A stretch of 64,000 bases of DNA, the filler included, from Dimargaris cristalligena (Eukaryota), in NCBI GenBank assembly GCA_003614675.1. It is 3 parts of 3 records of this genome, joined end to end, with 100 filler letters (N's around TTAATTAATTAA, not from the genome) between each part and the next. Parts side by side here need not be neighbours in the genome. Positions count along the whole stretch, not along the records: positions 22,576 to 45,010 come from ML002633.1; 2 more parts are not named here. One strand, given 5' to 3'. Both the position numbers and the translations under genes were made by a program. Below the pieces are notes generated by a model. The model was not told where the DNA came from and made no database searches. It was given only the letters and a program-made list of their open reading frames with translations. This document shows, in pieces, positions 24,631 through 38,400 of this stretch; positions within the stretch are counted from its first letter, which is position 1; the number at the start of each line of letters is the position of its first letter.

Positions 24631-25695
24631 TGTAGGCCCACCATAACCATTAGCCAAGGCCAGTGCCAACTGCCAAGGTGCAGCCTATTCAAGCCATTTT
24701 TTTTGGTCAAAGGCCAGGACCGCCGATCACGGCAATCCACCTTCAGTAACGATGGGAAGTCGAATCATGAACCGCCGCCCCCCTCCTTACTCTCCCATCG
24801 CATTAGCCAAGTATATGTAATCACAAATGACGAATCTAGTAGTTCTTGTTCATCCTCCTCTACACTTTCGGTATGCCCCCTTTCTTTCTGACTCTGCTGT
24901 GCCATTCCTTAATTTAAATGACGGATGCTGTATTTACCATTCAACGCACGGCTCATGACAAATAGCCCCTAAACCAATAACTAAGGAAGGTTGTTTAAAG
25001 ACATCGGAGGAAAGAAATGGGGGGGGGGGTGGCTGAATACCACCTCCACCACCACATACCGAATTGGTGTAGATTCTCTCTCACCTACCCGTCCGAACCA
25101 GTCTCATAAACCACTGGTAAGGTTGCACGGGGGGGGCTGTGATGGCTCCCTTGACGCTTGATTGGCCCCCTAAGGAGGATGCCAGAGAACAGCGGCGTAG
25201 GATGAATTGAAGGGAAGGGAAGGGGAGGGGGGGGTTTGTGAAAAGGTTTCTCACCAGTCCGTCGCTGGACCCGTATGGTGGTGGGTGGGGTCTAGAAAGA
25301 GGTGCTGGAATAGGTTGGGATGGATGATATTGTACAGTATTGTATTGTGGTGAATTCGATTGGACTTCTAGCATACGTATTGCCACAATTAATGAATTTC
25401 CAAGCCGGCTTACAATATGCCTTGGCATGAGCCTGGTACATGGGGGAAAGAGGGGTATTGTCGATTTGGGGCGTGCTTAAGTGTTTAGATGTATAGTGTA
25501 TTATGGAGGCCCATAGCAGGCTGGTTATTCCGACCCATCGGTGAAACCTCTCCCCTAACTGCAGCAAAACCAGTCTAAATAGTGTAACCGATCCGAACGG
25601 AGGCCCCTCCCTATTCCAGCTTGCATTGGGTCGAAAAAAAATAGGACCCGGACCAGGAATTGGTTGTATCTCCGTGGTTGACACCACTGTGAAGG

Positions 25696-25717
25696 GTGTG
25701 TGTGTGTGTGTGTGTGT
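25696..25717. repeat. (GT)n microsatellite
   Basis: Direct observation. A second GT tract lies near 25974-25992. Confidence 0.85.
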
Positions 25718-27415
25718 AGGCCAGCCACTCGGGCTCAAAAAATCAATACACCATGTTGGTGATACTATTCTTAAACGAATGAACTGTAAAACCATACAAA
25801 AAAAACTACAGCCACCCTGCCCAACACGCGTACCGTCCCCATTGGGGAGGGGGAGGCTTTTCTCAGGGAAAACGAGTACAAATAGGTAGGTCGATAAATA
25901 ATTGGGCATAGCGGTAGAGAAACCCCAAGAGTCGGGGAATGAATCTACCCGGGTAATTCAGTGCGCGCGCGCGTGTGTGTGTGTGTGTGTGTATGCCAAT
26001 GTGTAGGTGTATGTGGGTGCGGGTGTGTGTCCCCGTATGTGTAACTGTGTGCGCCGTCATCGGGATGGACAAGAGTACCAAGTAAGAGTGTGAAGACGAC
26101 TATCGCGATTCCACCCATCACTGATTACTACTATAAAACAAGTCTATAAGGTTATTCCGCCGGAAATTTAAGGTTGTCAACCTCATAAAGCTAAAAAATG
26201 TATATATTAATATTGGAACTCGCACCATCATCATACGTAAGCGGTCGAAGGAAATTCTAGACTTATGTTGTTCAATGATCCTATTTAGTGATGGCTGACC
26301 AAATAAATCATCACGCTTGGATCTTCAAATTTATCACACCAGGCCCATGGGATCCTCTCGCCTGATATCAATCAGTAGCTACTAGTACGCCAAATCCATC
26401 ACTTCAAATATTTGATGGTGTATAGATGTCTCTCGTTTAATTTTAATACATGAGCAATTGCCTATTTTGTACAATGGGCAAGTGGAAACCTGAGAGTGGG
26501 GGGGGACCCAAGCATACTTGTAACCTTATCTTAAACAATGGCGTTGTGGTTTGATCTTCATGACCACCTTGTTTTGCCATCCTTTTGATTCAGGTGCATC
26601 ATCTCGATTTCAGCCCCCCCTCCTCCCAAGACGGGATACCCCCCACCGTTCCTCCTTTACCCAGCCACCTATTCTAATTAATCAACTCGCTATTATTTGA
26701 TTTGGGCTACCTAGTAATAAGCGGTGGATAGTTCCATACTGGCTTAGTTGTTGTTGTTTTGTTGTTCAGGGTGCGTCAAATTTTAATGTCATTATGCGGT
26801 ATGCTGCAAAGTTTAAAAAGGAAGATCCCGGCAGGGGACGCTGTTTAATGGAAAGGTATGGAAAAGAAGAGATAGAGGCAGAATGGGGGTGCGTGGGTGT
26901 GGGTGAGTATGTGTTATTTAAAAATAAGATCAAGGGTGGCGAATTTGAAGATGAGGAGATTTGAGAGAAAGATATTACACGAACATGACGGTTCGTAACA
27001 ATGACGATTCCGTTAAATTGAGAGGATATGTTGATGTGGAAAGAGTGAGAAAAACGAGAAACCCCTAGTTAAAATAAAGTAGGGCAAATCACACGAAATA
27101 GTACGGAAAAATTGCGAAATATAATTTCTCTGATCGCACATGGAGACTGCCATGCGCAGGCGATGGGAGAGACGGGGAGAAAGAGAGGTGGAAATAGAGA
27201 AAAAGTGAAATAAAGAGTGAGTTAGTGAACAGAAGTAAAATACGTCGGGGGAGGGAGAGGGGGAAAGAAGGAGTTGGAGAGAGAAAAGGAGAGGAATAAA
27301 GAAAGGGAGGGGTGGGTGGTAGGAACGATTAGTTCCAGGCGGAGTTGGGCGAGGGGGGGTTGGGGGAAGAGGCATAGTAGTAGTGGCAGTTGGGTATGGC
27401 AGCAGCCTCTAATAG

Positions 27416-28933
27416 TCAATCCGATTTCACATAGTCAAACGGCGACGAGGGGTTTCCACCCGTGGTGGAGAGATCCCCGTCCGGGACCGTGGTGCCGGAA
27501 AAGACGGCCGCGGCCGCAGCCGCTGCGGCGGCCGAAGCCTCGGCCGAGTGGGCTCCCCCCCCCATACCACCCCCGGCAATGATACTCGGGGGACTGATAC
27601 CGCCCTGGTGACTCAGCGGGCTAGCGGGTATCGAACCAGAATCCCGGCGGGAGTAACTCGCGCTCGTCGGGCTCGAGTAGCCGTAGGGGTTATAGCGATT
27701 CGAGGCCCGGTCGTACACGGTGGCTAGGGCATTGCGGTAGGGCACGGTATGGCTCGTGGGGCTGGAGGAGACCAGGAGTTGGGGTGAGGCGTGGTAGCCG
27801 CGGGAAGAGACGGCAGCCGCAGCCGCGGGGTAGAAGAAATCGGCGGATTGGGTGGGTGAAGCCACCGCCGACGAGGTATGGCCAAACGTGTTAGTGGTAG
27901 TGCTGTTGGGGGTTTGCGTGGGCGTAATCTGACCTCCTCCACTCATATTCCCCGCGATAACCGAATGGGAGGTGGAAGACAGGCCAGTCGCGGCCGATAC
28001 CGTCACGGTGGACGACGGCGTGGCCGAGGACACCAGGGACATGGTGGGGTACACATTAGGAGGGGTGATATGCACTGAGGGGTCCTCAACGAACAAGGGG
28101 TACAGGGCCTCGTAAATTTTATACTGGGTGGCCAGTTGCTGGGCCCGGGTGAACGTGATCCACACCCCCTTGAGATGCATGGCCCCGACCTTGACCACCA
28201 CCCGGCCCTTTTCGTTCTTGAGGATGCCGTCCCGTTTTCCCCGCGACATGCCCACGACATTGAGTAGTTTGGTGCCGTTGATCATATTGTTATCCTGGCG
28301 CCGGGCCACCGAGTACCCCCGGGCATCGACCTGATAGCAGAGGGTCCCCTCGTCTTCCCACAGGGTCGTGGACAGCTTACCCTTGTGGTAGGCGGAATGA
28401 CCGTAGGGGTCGGTGCTGCTACCCTGCAAATGGCTGCCAGGGTGGCCGTGGAACATGGTCCAGTACGAGCTGGCCCCCGCCGGGGATGCCGGAATAGACG
28501 GCAGGGAACCCGCCGCCGTCATTAGCGAAGCCGAGGCCGCCGAGTGGGGCCAATGCATGGCGGCGGTGGCGGCCGTCGGGCCCCCGTGCCAAGAACCGGG
28601 ACTATGGGTTGTATATTGGGTCGGGAGGCGATGACTAGCGGGTAAATGGGCCAGCGAAGAGTGGTGCGGATGTCCGTGGTGCTGTTGCTGCTGTTGGTGT
28701 TGCTGCTGCTGTTGATGATGAGCGGCTACCGCGGCGGCGGTTACATGATGGTGATGATGGTGGGATACGGCTGACGGATGACCGGTGGCTGTGGCGTAAT
28801 TGGGGACCAGTCCTTGGGGGGTTTGCTGTTGGCTGGAGGCTGTGGAAGGGGAGGTGTAAGATGGGAACGCAGTATAAGCATTGATCATAGACGACGACAT
28901 GTTGGTGGTCGTCGGGGTGATGGAATTGTCCAT
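27416..28933 (-). CDS. APSES transcription factor, StuA/Efg1/Sok2/Phd1 class
   Basis: APSES domain [53 protein letters not shown]...[14 protein letters not shown], flanked by polyH/polyQ and S/A-rich regions. Confidence 0.95.
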   Translation of the reverse strand: MDNSITPTTTNMSSSMINAYTAFPSYTSPSTASSQQQTPQGLVPNYATATGHPSAVSHHHHHHVTAAAVAAHHQQQQQHQQQQQHHGHPHHSSLAHLPASHRLPTQYTTHSPGSWHGGPTAATAAMHWPHSAASASLMTAAGSLPSIPASPAGASSYWTMFHGHPGSHLQGSSTDPYGHSAYHKGKLSTTLWEDEGTLCYQVDARGYSVARRQDNNMINGTKLLNVVGMSRGKRDGILKNEKGRVVVKVGAMHLKGVWITFTRAQQLATQYKIYEALYPLFVEDPSVHITPPNVYPTMSLVSSATPSSTVTVSAATGLSSTSHSVIAGNMSGGGQITPTQTPNSTTTNTFGHTSSAVASPTQSADFFYPAAAAAVSSRGYHASPQLLVSSSPTSHTVPYRNALATVYDRASNRYNPYGYSSPTSASYSRRDSGSIPASPLSHQGGISPPSIIAGGGMGGGAHSAEASAAAAAAAAAVFSGTTVPDGDLSTTGGNPSSPFDYVKSD

Positions 28934-29750
28934 ACAACAACCACAGGCAACGGGCTATCTAATTTCTTAAAAATAAAAATGGGAGGGAGGGTTAGGGGGG
29001 ACGGCGATGACGACGACGGCAACAACGACGATGCCGACGCGAATGATATGGGAAAGAGTGAGGGAGTTGAGGTGGTCAATAGGAGGAGAGACGCGCGCAG
29101 AAGGCGGGGCGGTGTCGGCAGCAGTGAAGGCTGACCGAAGATATATGTGAGGGAATAACCAACGGGGTTTGGAGGGGCACGCTACCCAAAAATCGAAGAA
29201 ACGGAGTGGGGAAGAGGGGGCAAGACCTGAGAAATACCCAAGAGCAATATGAAGAGGGGGGTGTGGTGGATGGGTATGGGTATATCGGTATCGGTCGGTG
29301 GGTATGTGTGTGTGAGTGAGTGGATGGGTGTGGGTGTGTGTATTGGTATGTTTGGGGAGAGGCGGTGGGTGGAGGACAAACTAGGAATAATAACGAAGTG
29401 AGAATGCGTCCACTAATACAAGAGAAGGAGAGACACAGCAAGGCCTCGAAGGATTTAGTACGGGTTAGGGTAAAAGATATGGGGAGAGAGAGAAAAAGAA
29501 GGGGCCGGAGACGGGGACGGACAAGCGAAGCGATGTGGAAGCTGTGCGTTTGCTGCGAGTGTAGCTAATCGATAGACAATATGTGTGTTGCATACCTCGG
29601 CACCTGCGGGATCCCCTCTGCTTATATAGGTCTATATCACCTTGACGCAGCAGTTGTAGTGAGGGAACCAGGCAAAGGGGGTTGCTACCTCGAGAAGGGG
29701 GTCACTGAATTGGGTTTGCCCCTGGTCTCGGGGAAACAGTCGCCCTCCCT

Positions 29751-29850
29751 CTTTCTCCATCCACCTCCCCCTTTCTCCATCCACTTCCCTCTTTCTCCAT
29801 CCACCTCCCCCTTTCTCCATCCACTTCCCTCTTTCTCTATCCACCTCCCC
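29751..29850. repeat. 20-bp pyrimidine-rich tandem repeat (CTTTCTCCATCCACYTCCCY) x5 upstream of the APSES gene
   Basis: Five units are read directly, with two alternating variants. Confidence 0.9.
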
Positions 29851-32800
29851 CCTTCCCTCTCTACGCCGTGGCGGAGGTTTCCACCACTGGCTGTGGCATA
29901 TCTCTCCCCTCATTACACACCCCTTCCCGCAGTTGATTTAGGTCAAAGAGGAGACCGGAGTGCCCAACTGTCAACCATATTGGCCTGGGATTATTCTTGA
30001 TCCTTCTTTACGGAGCTTACCAACCCCAACAGCTTGGCTATCTCGTTCATTGGGTGGGGTTCTTTATTAGTACACCTTTTTATAACTTAAAAAGTAAAAA
30101 AGGAAGAAAAACGCCAGCGATTACCTCCTCATGGTGGCATCTTCGCCCATTATTCCACAGTCCGATTTACCGACCCAAGGATCGATATCGAGATTCTACT
30201 TCGACAATCAGCCCTTCGGGCCAGAAAAAGGAACAGTGCGAGAGATTCCAAAGGTGCTCAGTTTGGCCCAGGGGTGGGGCCCTGGTAGCTAGCGGTGACT
30301 GTTGTCCATACCGCCACTTTTGGTGGGTTTTCTGGCCCAAGGTGTCACCGGGGATGGCTGGGAAGTCCCGAGCTGTGTAGCTGAGTGTATGAAAGGGGAG
30401 AGCGGTATGGTACGGTGTGACGGATTAGGTTGGACTGGGCTGGGACCCGTACCACTGGAATCGTCAAATGAACCCAGGTCCTGAGTTTACCCATTGTTTA
30501 AAACAACACGACAGTATCATCACTATCTGTGTCCTATATAGTGTATATATATATATATATATATGTATATGTATATGTAGGTGCTCTGTATCGGGAGACT
30601 AACCACCCCCATTACCACCTTCATTGACTGAGAGTAGTTGGCGAGGTGGAGGAAGCTCGCGGCGATTTTTACTCAATCAAGAAAGTGCCGACTCTGCTTC
30701 ACCGCCGTCCTTGTGAGAAACTATAGCAAACTAGGGCGTCGATTGAGACCGGCCGATATTCGTTTCCCTACCACGGACCCCGCCCCCTCCCCTGGCCCGC
30801 CAATGGCATGCCACTAGAGGGTTTGGGAGGTAGGCAGGCCAGCTCGCCTCGATTCCACTCGCACGTTTACCCCTCTTTATCCTCGCCTCCCTCCGCCACT
30901 CCTCCGATCTCTGTGGCCCTGTGCCCATTCCACCGGGGGTTAATGAGGGTTCTCGGGGCTGACCTGTTATCATGGCGGGGGAGAGAGGGGGTTTAGGGTT
31001 TAGTTAGGGTTTGCGCAAATGAGATTCCTCCATAGGAATTTTTAATCTATTTCTCCTCATGCAGTGCCCTGGTAAGTTCTATAGATTGTTTTTCGTCTTT
31101 CAACGTGAGCCCTGTCCCCCTCTGTATTTTTTCTTCGTCTTTCTTTTGTTTCCTTGTATATCTCACTCATTCCTCCGTCCTCTCTACTCTATTATCCCCC
31201 CCTCCTCCACTATACAGCCGGTGTGAACTTGTATGGTTTTTTTTTAGTATACCCCTCCTTATATTACTTTAATGTTATCTCGAGTGAGAAAAATTGGAAG
31301 TAAGTGGAAGACATGTGTTTGGCGTAAGCAATGGCAGGAAAGAAGAAAGGGGTTCATCGGAAACCAGCTATGGTAATTTTTGGCGTATGGAGAGTCTCTC
31401 TGACTCGTTTCTAATTGGTGGACGGACCTATCCGGATCCACAAACTCCAAGCCTTCCCCTTTCTGACTGGAAAACCTACAGTAATATACACACACTGCCA
31501 TTTTAGTTGGAATCTAAAAATATACATAGACAAACCAGCAACTGCCGCGAAGCAACCGATATGGAGCACGATTGAGTGTGTATGGTTGGTCACCATGGTG
31601 ATGAATGGTCAAGCAAGCAATAATGATGACAGCATTCCGAATGGAGAAGGTGGTCTTCACCGCCTTCTTGCTCTCGTTCTTCTCCTTCTCCTTATTCGTG
31701 GTGTCAAATGGGGATGAGGGGCATCGGCCTAATAATGCCAATGGAGGAGGGATTAGGTGGTCGTCAATTACTATTATTACTATTGAAAGGAGGAGGTGAT
31801 GTGGGGCCATTATAAGGGATGTTGGTCTATGTTACCGCTGTGATTCAGTGGGCTTATCTACGATGGAGGTGAGAAAATCACAGGTATATGAGCCGTATAG
31901 GAGGGAACCCAGAAGAAAGGCCGCGTTGGTCTGTAAGAGCCGTCCATGTAGGTGGCCTAGTCAGAAGGTTAGGCTTAAGTAACGGCGGTTCTAAGCCAAC
32001 ATAGGGAGGGGGGGTGGAGATGGATAGATGCCAACTGCAGCAGTGGAGAGTGTGCAACAATGGGGTGTATGGACGTGTAGTATAGCAAATGAGGCCAGTA
32101 ATGACGCTACCGTACTGAGAACCTATGCAACCTCCTGCATCCAAGGTTTCCATATATTTCTCCATAGCGATGGCCTTGGTGAATTAACCGGTTTCTCGCT
32201 CTCTCCTTGTCGAGGACACTATAAGCTAAAAATGAAAAATGGGATAATAGGAATAGAGAATAGAGAATAGAGAATAGAGTATAGGAGGGACAAGCACGGC
32301 ATGGGTGGTCCATTTGGGATGGGCAATTCATTGGGGAGGAGTGTTTCACTTTAAGTTCTTGGTTAATAATGGACCAAACGCCACTCAACTAGATAAAGCC
32401 CCAAATTTATTTGAGTTGAGTGGAAGTGAAGGAAAGGGAGAAAGGGTTTTCTCATTGAATAGCCAGAAATCGACGATAATAAAGCGGAATAAGGTTTCAT
32501 AAGTTCCTGGAGAAATTAGAGTCCGCGGGAGAGTAAAAGTAGAGAGGAGTTTATTACCAATGAATCGGTAGTGAGATTCGGATAACCGCCGACTGTACAA
32601 TTCCAACAATAATACACGGTGGTCGAATTAAGCCGCCCATGGACAATTTCCGCCATGGCCTCTGGTTCAGCCATCATTTCCCCAACCAGTTGAATAGAAA
32701 GTAGATGTGTGTTTGTGTGTATTGGGGGGAGGAAGGGTGGGCGGTCTAGAAGGAAATTGGGTCACATTGCCCCGACCCGCCCCCAAGTGCACTAAATTTT

Positions 32801-35428
32801 AGTTCACATTCAGCCGCCATGACGGCGGCGTATACAAAGAATACACCCGGCTGATTTCAAACAGCCTAAAATACAGTTCCCTCGTCTTCTTGGGAATATC
32901 CCCGGTATTCCTGTATACTCCCCCCCCCCACCTTCTCAACCGCCAAGTTTGCTAATAATTGTCTGGCTGCAGTATCGTTAGGGCGATTGTGTGCACCTCA
33001 GCACCATCGGATGTTTTAGAGGGAAGGGGGGAGAGGAGAGGGGGTGGAAGGGGGGGGGGGTGCTGGAACTATGCTTTTTAATTTTTCATTTCAATAGCTT
33101 GTATACAACAACTTCAATTCAGGGATCTCAATATTGACTCTATTTTACATTCACCCTTGACGATACCGGGTCGTTTCCGCGCTTATTTCTCACTCCTGCG
33201 TTACAGCAGCCCTTCCCCCCGTCTAGTTTGTGGACCGATTGCCACTCCAGGGTTAAAGAAGCGCAGCATGTATTAGGTTCAATACACTGTGCATACCTGT
33301 GCACCCGCCTTAATACCCACCACCAAATCAGGTATGGGGCGATAATACATGGCATGTGTATCACGACCAGTCGGACTAGGCCGCCCTCAGGGGGCAACGC
33401 TGCAATTCGACTTGTTTGGATGGTTTATTGATGGGCGTCCGTGTATATAGCATGGTGTATGTAGCCGGAAGTCCATATGGGCAGCTGGAAGGCATAAGAG
33501 CACCAAATTGACACATTTACGAGGACTAGCCCCGTGTGGCGGGCGTAGATGAAGAGAGCCAGGAGTAATGTATGACTAAATAAAAATATATAGAAAGAGT
33601 TGGTGGAGGCTTCTGCGGAAGGGACTGGGTGACCACCACCACTACCAGACGCACATGTGTGTTTCTGCCCAACGATTCTTGGTATTGGGGTTGATGTTGG
33701 TAGGTGATCTCGGGCATTGGCAGGAGGAAGATCTAACCAAATACTGGCTTTGGGGGGTATCTAGAAGGAAAGCCCCTGTTCTGTAAGTTATTATTACCAT
33801 GGTCATTGGTGTTCAGGCGTGTGCGGGGGGGGGGGGAAGGAGATGTACATCAATTCAAATCCCAAAAGGGGAGATCCCAGGGGCAGTTAGTACAATCCAA
33901 AGGGCGTATCACACGTCGTAATGGACGGGGGTTAGAGGGAGGTGGAAAAGGGCAGTAATAATAGAATGTAACGACGGTCAAGGCACAGAGTCCAGTCCAG
34001 ACAGAAATGATCACCAGCGAGAAGAAGTCGGTGATCAAGCGGCCGTGAGTGTCGAGGATCTAGATTCAGCCGCGGAATATAAAAAACCGCCCCTACTTTC
34101 CCAGCGTGGGAACCAACTGGTTGGTTTACATTCAGTCATTGCCGAATATAGAACCAAGGACCCTCTCTAGGCGACCCACTCCGCTGGTATGACCCATACG
34201 TAATGGGGTGTAGTGGTGAGTCGGGTTCCGCTAGGTGAGGAAGAGACGGGAGAGAGAGGTGCCCACAACCACCAGTCAGCAGCCTCGTTGTACTGAGTGA
34301 CCAGTAAATCCCCTCTTTGCTATCACCCCCATTTTAATACTCCACCTCCTCGTCGACGTCTCGGGTCTGTCATATTGGGGGTATCCCCCGCCTCGTCTCA
34401 GACTAGATCCGCCAAGTGGCCCAGTGGTGGAGAGATGCACTGTGCTACAACAGACCCGCCCAAAAATAAACTAGGCACATTGAAATAAAAATGCGAAGGT
34501 GGACACCATGGGTGGGCAAAGCAGGGTACAATGCACGAGCAACATTACACTGTAGAGTATATCGGTGGGAGTGACAGGGTATGGCGAGTGTGAGGAGGAC
34601 CGTCATGGTTATGTAGTGTTGAGCATAACGATGACACGGCCAATCCAGGTCCGGACGGTTATCCGACACCACTGAATGGGTGCCCGGTTAGCTGTGGCTT
34701 CTCCCCATTTTCCTTATTCAGCGCCGATTCGCATTGGGAATCGCGATAAGGCCAGGAAACCCCTATTTGGTAGCCTTCCTCCCCCCACCACTTGCCGAAG
34801 ATCCAGACAAATGCCACCCACCCGTACCTAGAGTTCCTCCACCCCACCCTACCCCACCTTGATTTGTCTGGTTAAAAGAAGCGAGGATGGGGAGGGGAGG
34901 GGGGATGGAGTCGCCCAAGGCCAAATATAGGCAAAAGAGGCGAGATCATGGACATTAACGGCCCCCACCTTCATTAGTATACGATACCCGGATAAGTGCC
35001 GGGTGTGAACTTTTCCCCCTAACAATGGCTTAGACCTCACCCCCGTTTTCGGCATTTTAAACCACCCCCATTTCTCATTTCTGTGTAGAGAGGGGGGACT
35101 GATAATCCACATTGGATCCGGATACGCCACTACACACAAGTTAGAACATAATAGCGGGGGGAAGAGTGACATTTACAAGTCCAAGTACAAGTCCGACCAC
35201 CACTTCAACTGTTCAACTTCTTCGGTCGACTCACTCCCTTCCGTTCACTCCATGACGCCAAGCCCACTGGGTTAGAGACAAATACGGACAGTACCCAGAA
35301 AATAAAATAAAAATAAAGTAAATCCCCCCTTTCCACCTCATTGGCACTAAAACCCTAATAGCAATACCACGCCATTGCAAAAAAAACATAATAAAAAATG
35401 GTCCCTGTTAGTAAATAGGAGGGCTTAC

Positions 35429-38400
35429 CTTCTTTGATTTCCCGCTGTTCCCGCCGAATTCCGGCCACAAACTCCGAGAAAATTTTAAGATACGGCCGGA
35501 GTGAGGTCTGCTGGGGATGGTTGCCATTCTCTTGAAGCTCAGCTAACAGTTGGGTCACTGTGGGCACCGTCAGGGGGTCAAACTCATCGAATTGCTCAGG
35601 GGCAATAGGCACGCAAACACGACCTGTATAGATGGTGGAAATGTACCGCCCCACCCCCCCCCCCAAAATATGGATATATAAGAATACAATAGGGTTAATA
35701 ATAATAAGAAGAAGAAAAAAGAACCCCGCCCCCAGAATCGCACCCATGTGTTTAGCAAGCAAGCAATAACCAGCGAGACCAACGAACAAAGAGCCGCAGA
35801 ACATATTCATGCCCATTGTATACCGTATAATACATAGTTAGGGTGATGGATCCCCCATTAGGCGATGCATGACCATAGTGAGAAGAAACCAGCCGGGGTT
35901 GAGGGGGGGGACACACGGTGGGATAGCAATGTAGGATAGTATAGCTCATCGCGATTAGCACAACCACGAAGGGAGAGGGATATTAGAGAGAGCCTGGAGA
36001 ATGAGGCGCGCACCGTAGATGATGGCCACACAATAGGCCAATAGACTGTACTGCATATTAAAGTAGACTGAGAGGGGTGGGCTGAAGTTCTCTATACAGT
36101 CCACACTTGAAGAGACCAGACCGTAGCAAGAATAGGTAGAAGTGGGCTTGAGGGATTGCGCGACTGGGAGAGGGAGGCGGTCGGGGTGGCGGCCTACCCG
36201 GTTCCATTGCCAAAATGGGACGTGTATTAGAAACCAACTGTGTGTGCGTGTGTGTGAGTGAGTGGGTGGGTGAGTGAGCGAGTGTGTCTAATGTGTAGGT
36301 GGTGTGGGAGACCAAAGTGACTTGACAATACAGACGGCCATCGAGATCCACGGAGGGACTTCCTCTCTCAGTACTAAAAAAATAAGTAATTGTAGAGTAC
36401 AGCCGGACGAAGGGCCAATATAGAAAAGAGACGGCCATTTGATATCGTGCGATTACTCAAAAAGTGGGTATGGCTTAATTCCATTACTCACCTGCCCTTC
36501 TATTTAGAAGGAAGGCATTACCGAGCCCTATACTACTAATGATGATAATAATAATAATACTAATAATAATAAAAATCGGTAAATCATGGTCGGTATTGCC
36601 TTGGCCCCCAGGGTTAAGCGTGGCGACATGGACACCTCCGGAAAATGTCGGATCTGGGCCACTTTGGACCAAGAACCACCTAGATATCGGATATCGATGT
36701 ATTATCCCACTCCCGCCATCCTCTACTCCTCGAACATCAGCCGCCCCGCCATTTGGGCCATCCAATACTCACATTCTCCGGATAAGCCCAGTCCCGTCAA
36801 TTGTCCATCAGGGTCAAGGGATGAGTGAAAAATAGATCCACGAAAGCTCATTGTACGGAACTGATTGGCGGAGGATCTCGATTTCCCGGGGCGTAAGAAC
36901 CAGTGAGTCTCAGGAGGACAGTGCAAACGGGGAACCGCGCAATTTCAAATAATCCCCCTAAAAAAAAGAGAGCAAAGCTAACTAGGGACGAAAATACACA
37001 CATACAGCACACCCACACACACACATGCCCATTCACACACATACACGCCCATCAACACACCGACAATCATCATGAATTGGGTCATTTCCATATAGGGTCC
37101 AGATCCATCGGCCAACCGGATCCATATGACTGGAGGTAACGATCCAGCCGCCCCTCTCTGCCCTCTACTCTAGCATAAAGGGGGAGGTTTAAATGAGACA
37201 TATCTATAAAAAAACCCCCCGGCCGGTGACCGACACTCGCCAAGCCCACTCAGCCCTCATTTCCCACCATTGTTAGCGGATCCCGAAATTAAACCGAGGC
37301 CCAGTTGCACTGGCGTCTTTAGCAACCAACTTCAAGGGCACACACAAAACGGCAGGTTCCCACTCTTAGCCGCGGCTGCATCATTAAGCTGCAAAATAGT
37401 ACGAAAAATCAAACGAAAAAGATTAGGGGAACAAAGCGATCTACACCCTCCCTCCGCCTCTTTTCCTTGTCCTCGTCCCCGGTCTCCTCCTCTTCGTAGA
37501 GTAAAAGTGGAGGATAAAGGTTTCAAGATGGAATAACATGGAGAGAAAGAGGAAACATCGAGGTGAGGGGTGCGTGAGGGGGTGTGACGTTCTCCATACC
37601 CAGTTTGGTCAAATCGAGCCAGGTGGTACGAACCAGGGTAAATTGGATGAGCCTGGAAACCCACGAATCCCCCCCCCACATCGAGATCCCGTAGCTCCCA
37701 ATACCCGGAAACCCAGTAAAGGGGGGTGGGCGATGTTTCAATACAAAAGTATAATATATAGAAAGCCGATTCGCAATATAAACAGCCGAATTATCCGGAT
37801 CGGCAGTCTATATCGCCCCCCTTTTTTGCTCTACTCTTTCCCAGTCTCTCTCCCATGACCAAGAATGCGCCGGACCATCAGATAGTGCATCTCTTTTTAA
37901 ATAAAAGGGGTGGTGGTACAACTTGTATTAACCGGCTAACCTACCTGTTTTGGGGTGGATGCAGAATGGGCTCTTGAGCAAGTGGTTGATCCCGGTGGTA
38001 ACCTTGTCATCCAGTCGGGGGTAAGTATATTGGAATTCGATGTCGCGTTTGACACAGTCCACCAAGTATTTCTTGTTCTTTTTCTATTACATGGTCATCG
38101 TGATATAGTCGGCCGGCCGGTTAGTCGGTCGGAGGTAGTTGTAATTCATGCAATACCGTGCCATGCCGTACCGTATCCGTATTCGCATTCGTACAGGTAT
38201 ATACAGTTACCACCATCAGTCATCGCGGAGGTGATGGGAAATAGACCGGGGATTCCGCAAAAAATGTACCAAATCGGCCATATATAATAATAACAGTAAT
38301 TAGTTATAGTGTGTTTGGGTCGCAAATTGAAACGACTGGGGTTGTTTTTAGTGTGGTATGCAACGCCAGCTCAACCTCGCATGTGGTTATGGGTAGAGCC

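Noticed and set aside
34738-34750. StuA response element-like TCGCGATA suggesting autoregulation
   Set aside because: A single short match in many kb is expected by chance.
35235-35266. Candidate fifth PRI1 exon after CTAACCCAG
   Set aside because: The splice signals are plausible, but the peptide (VGLASWSERKG) is not recognisably primase-like and other downstream acceptors are equally possible. Left unresolved.
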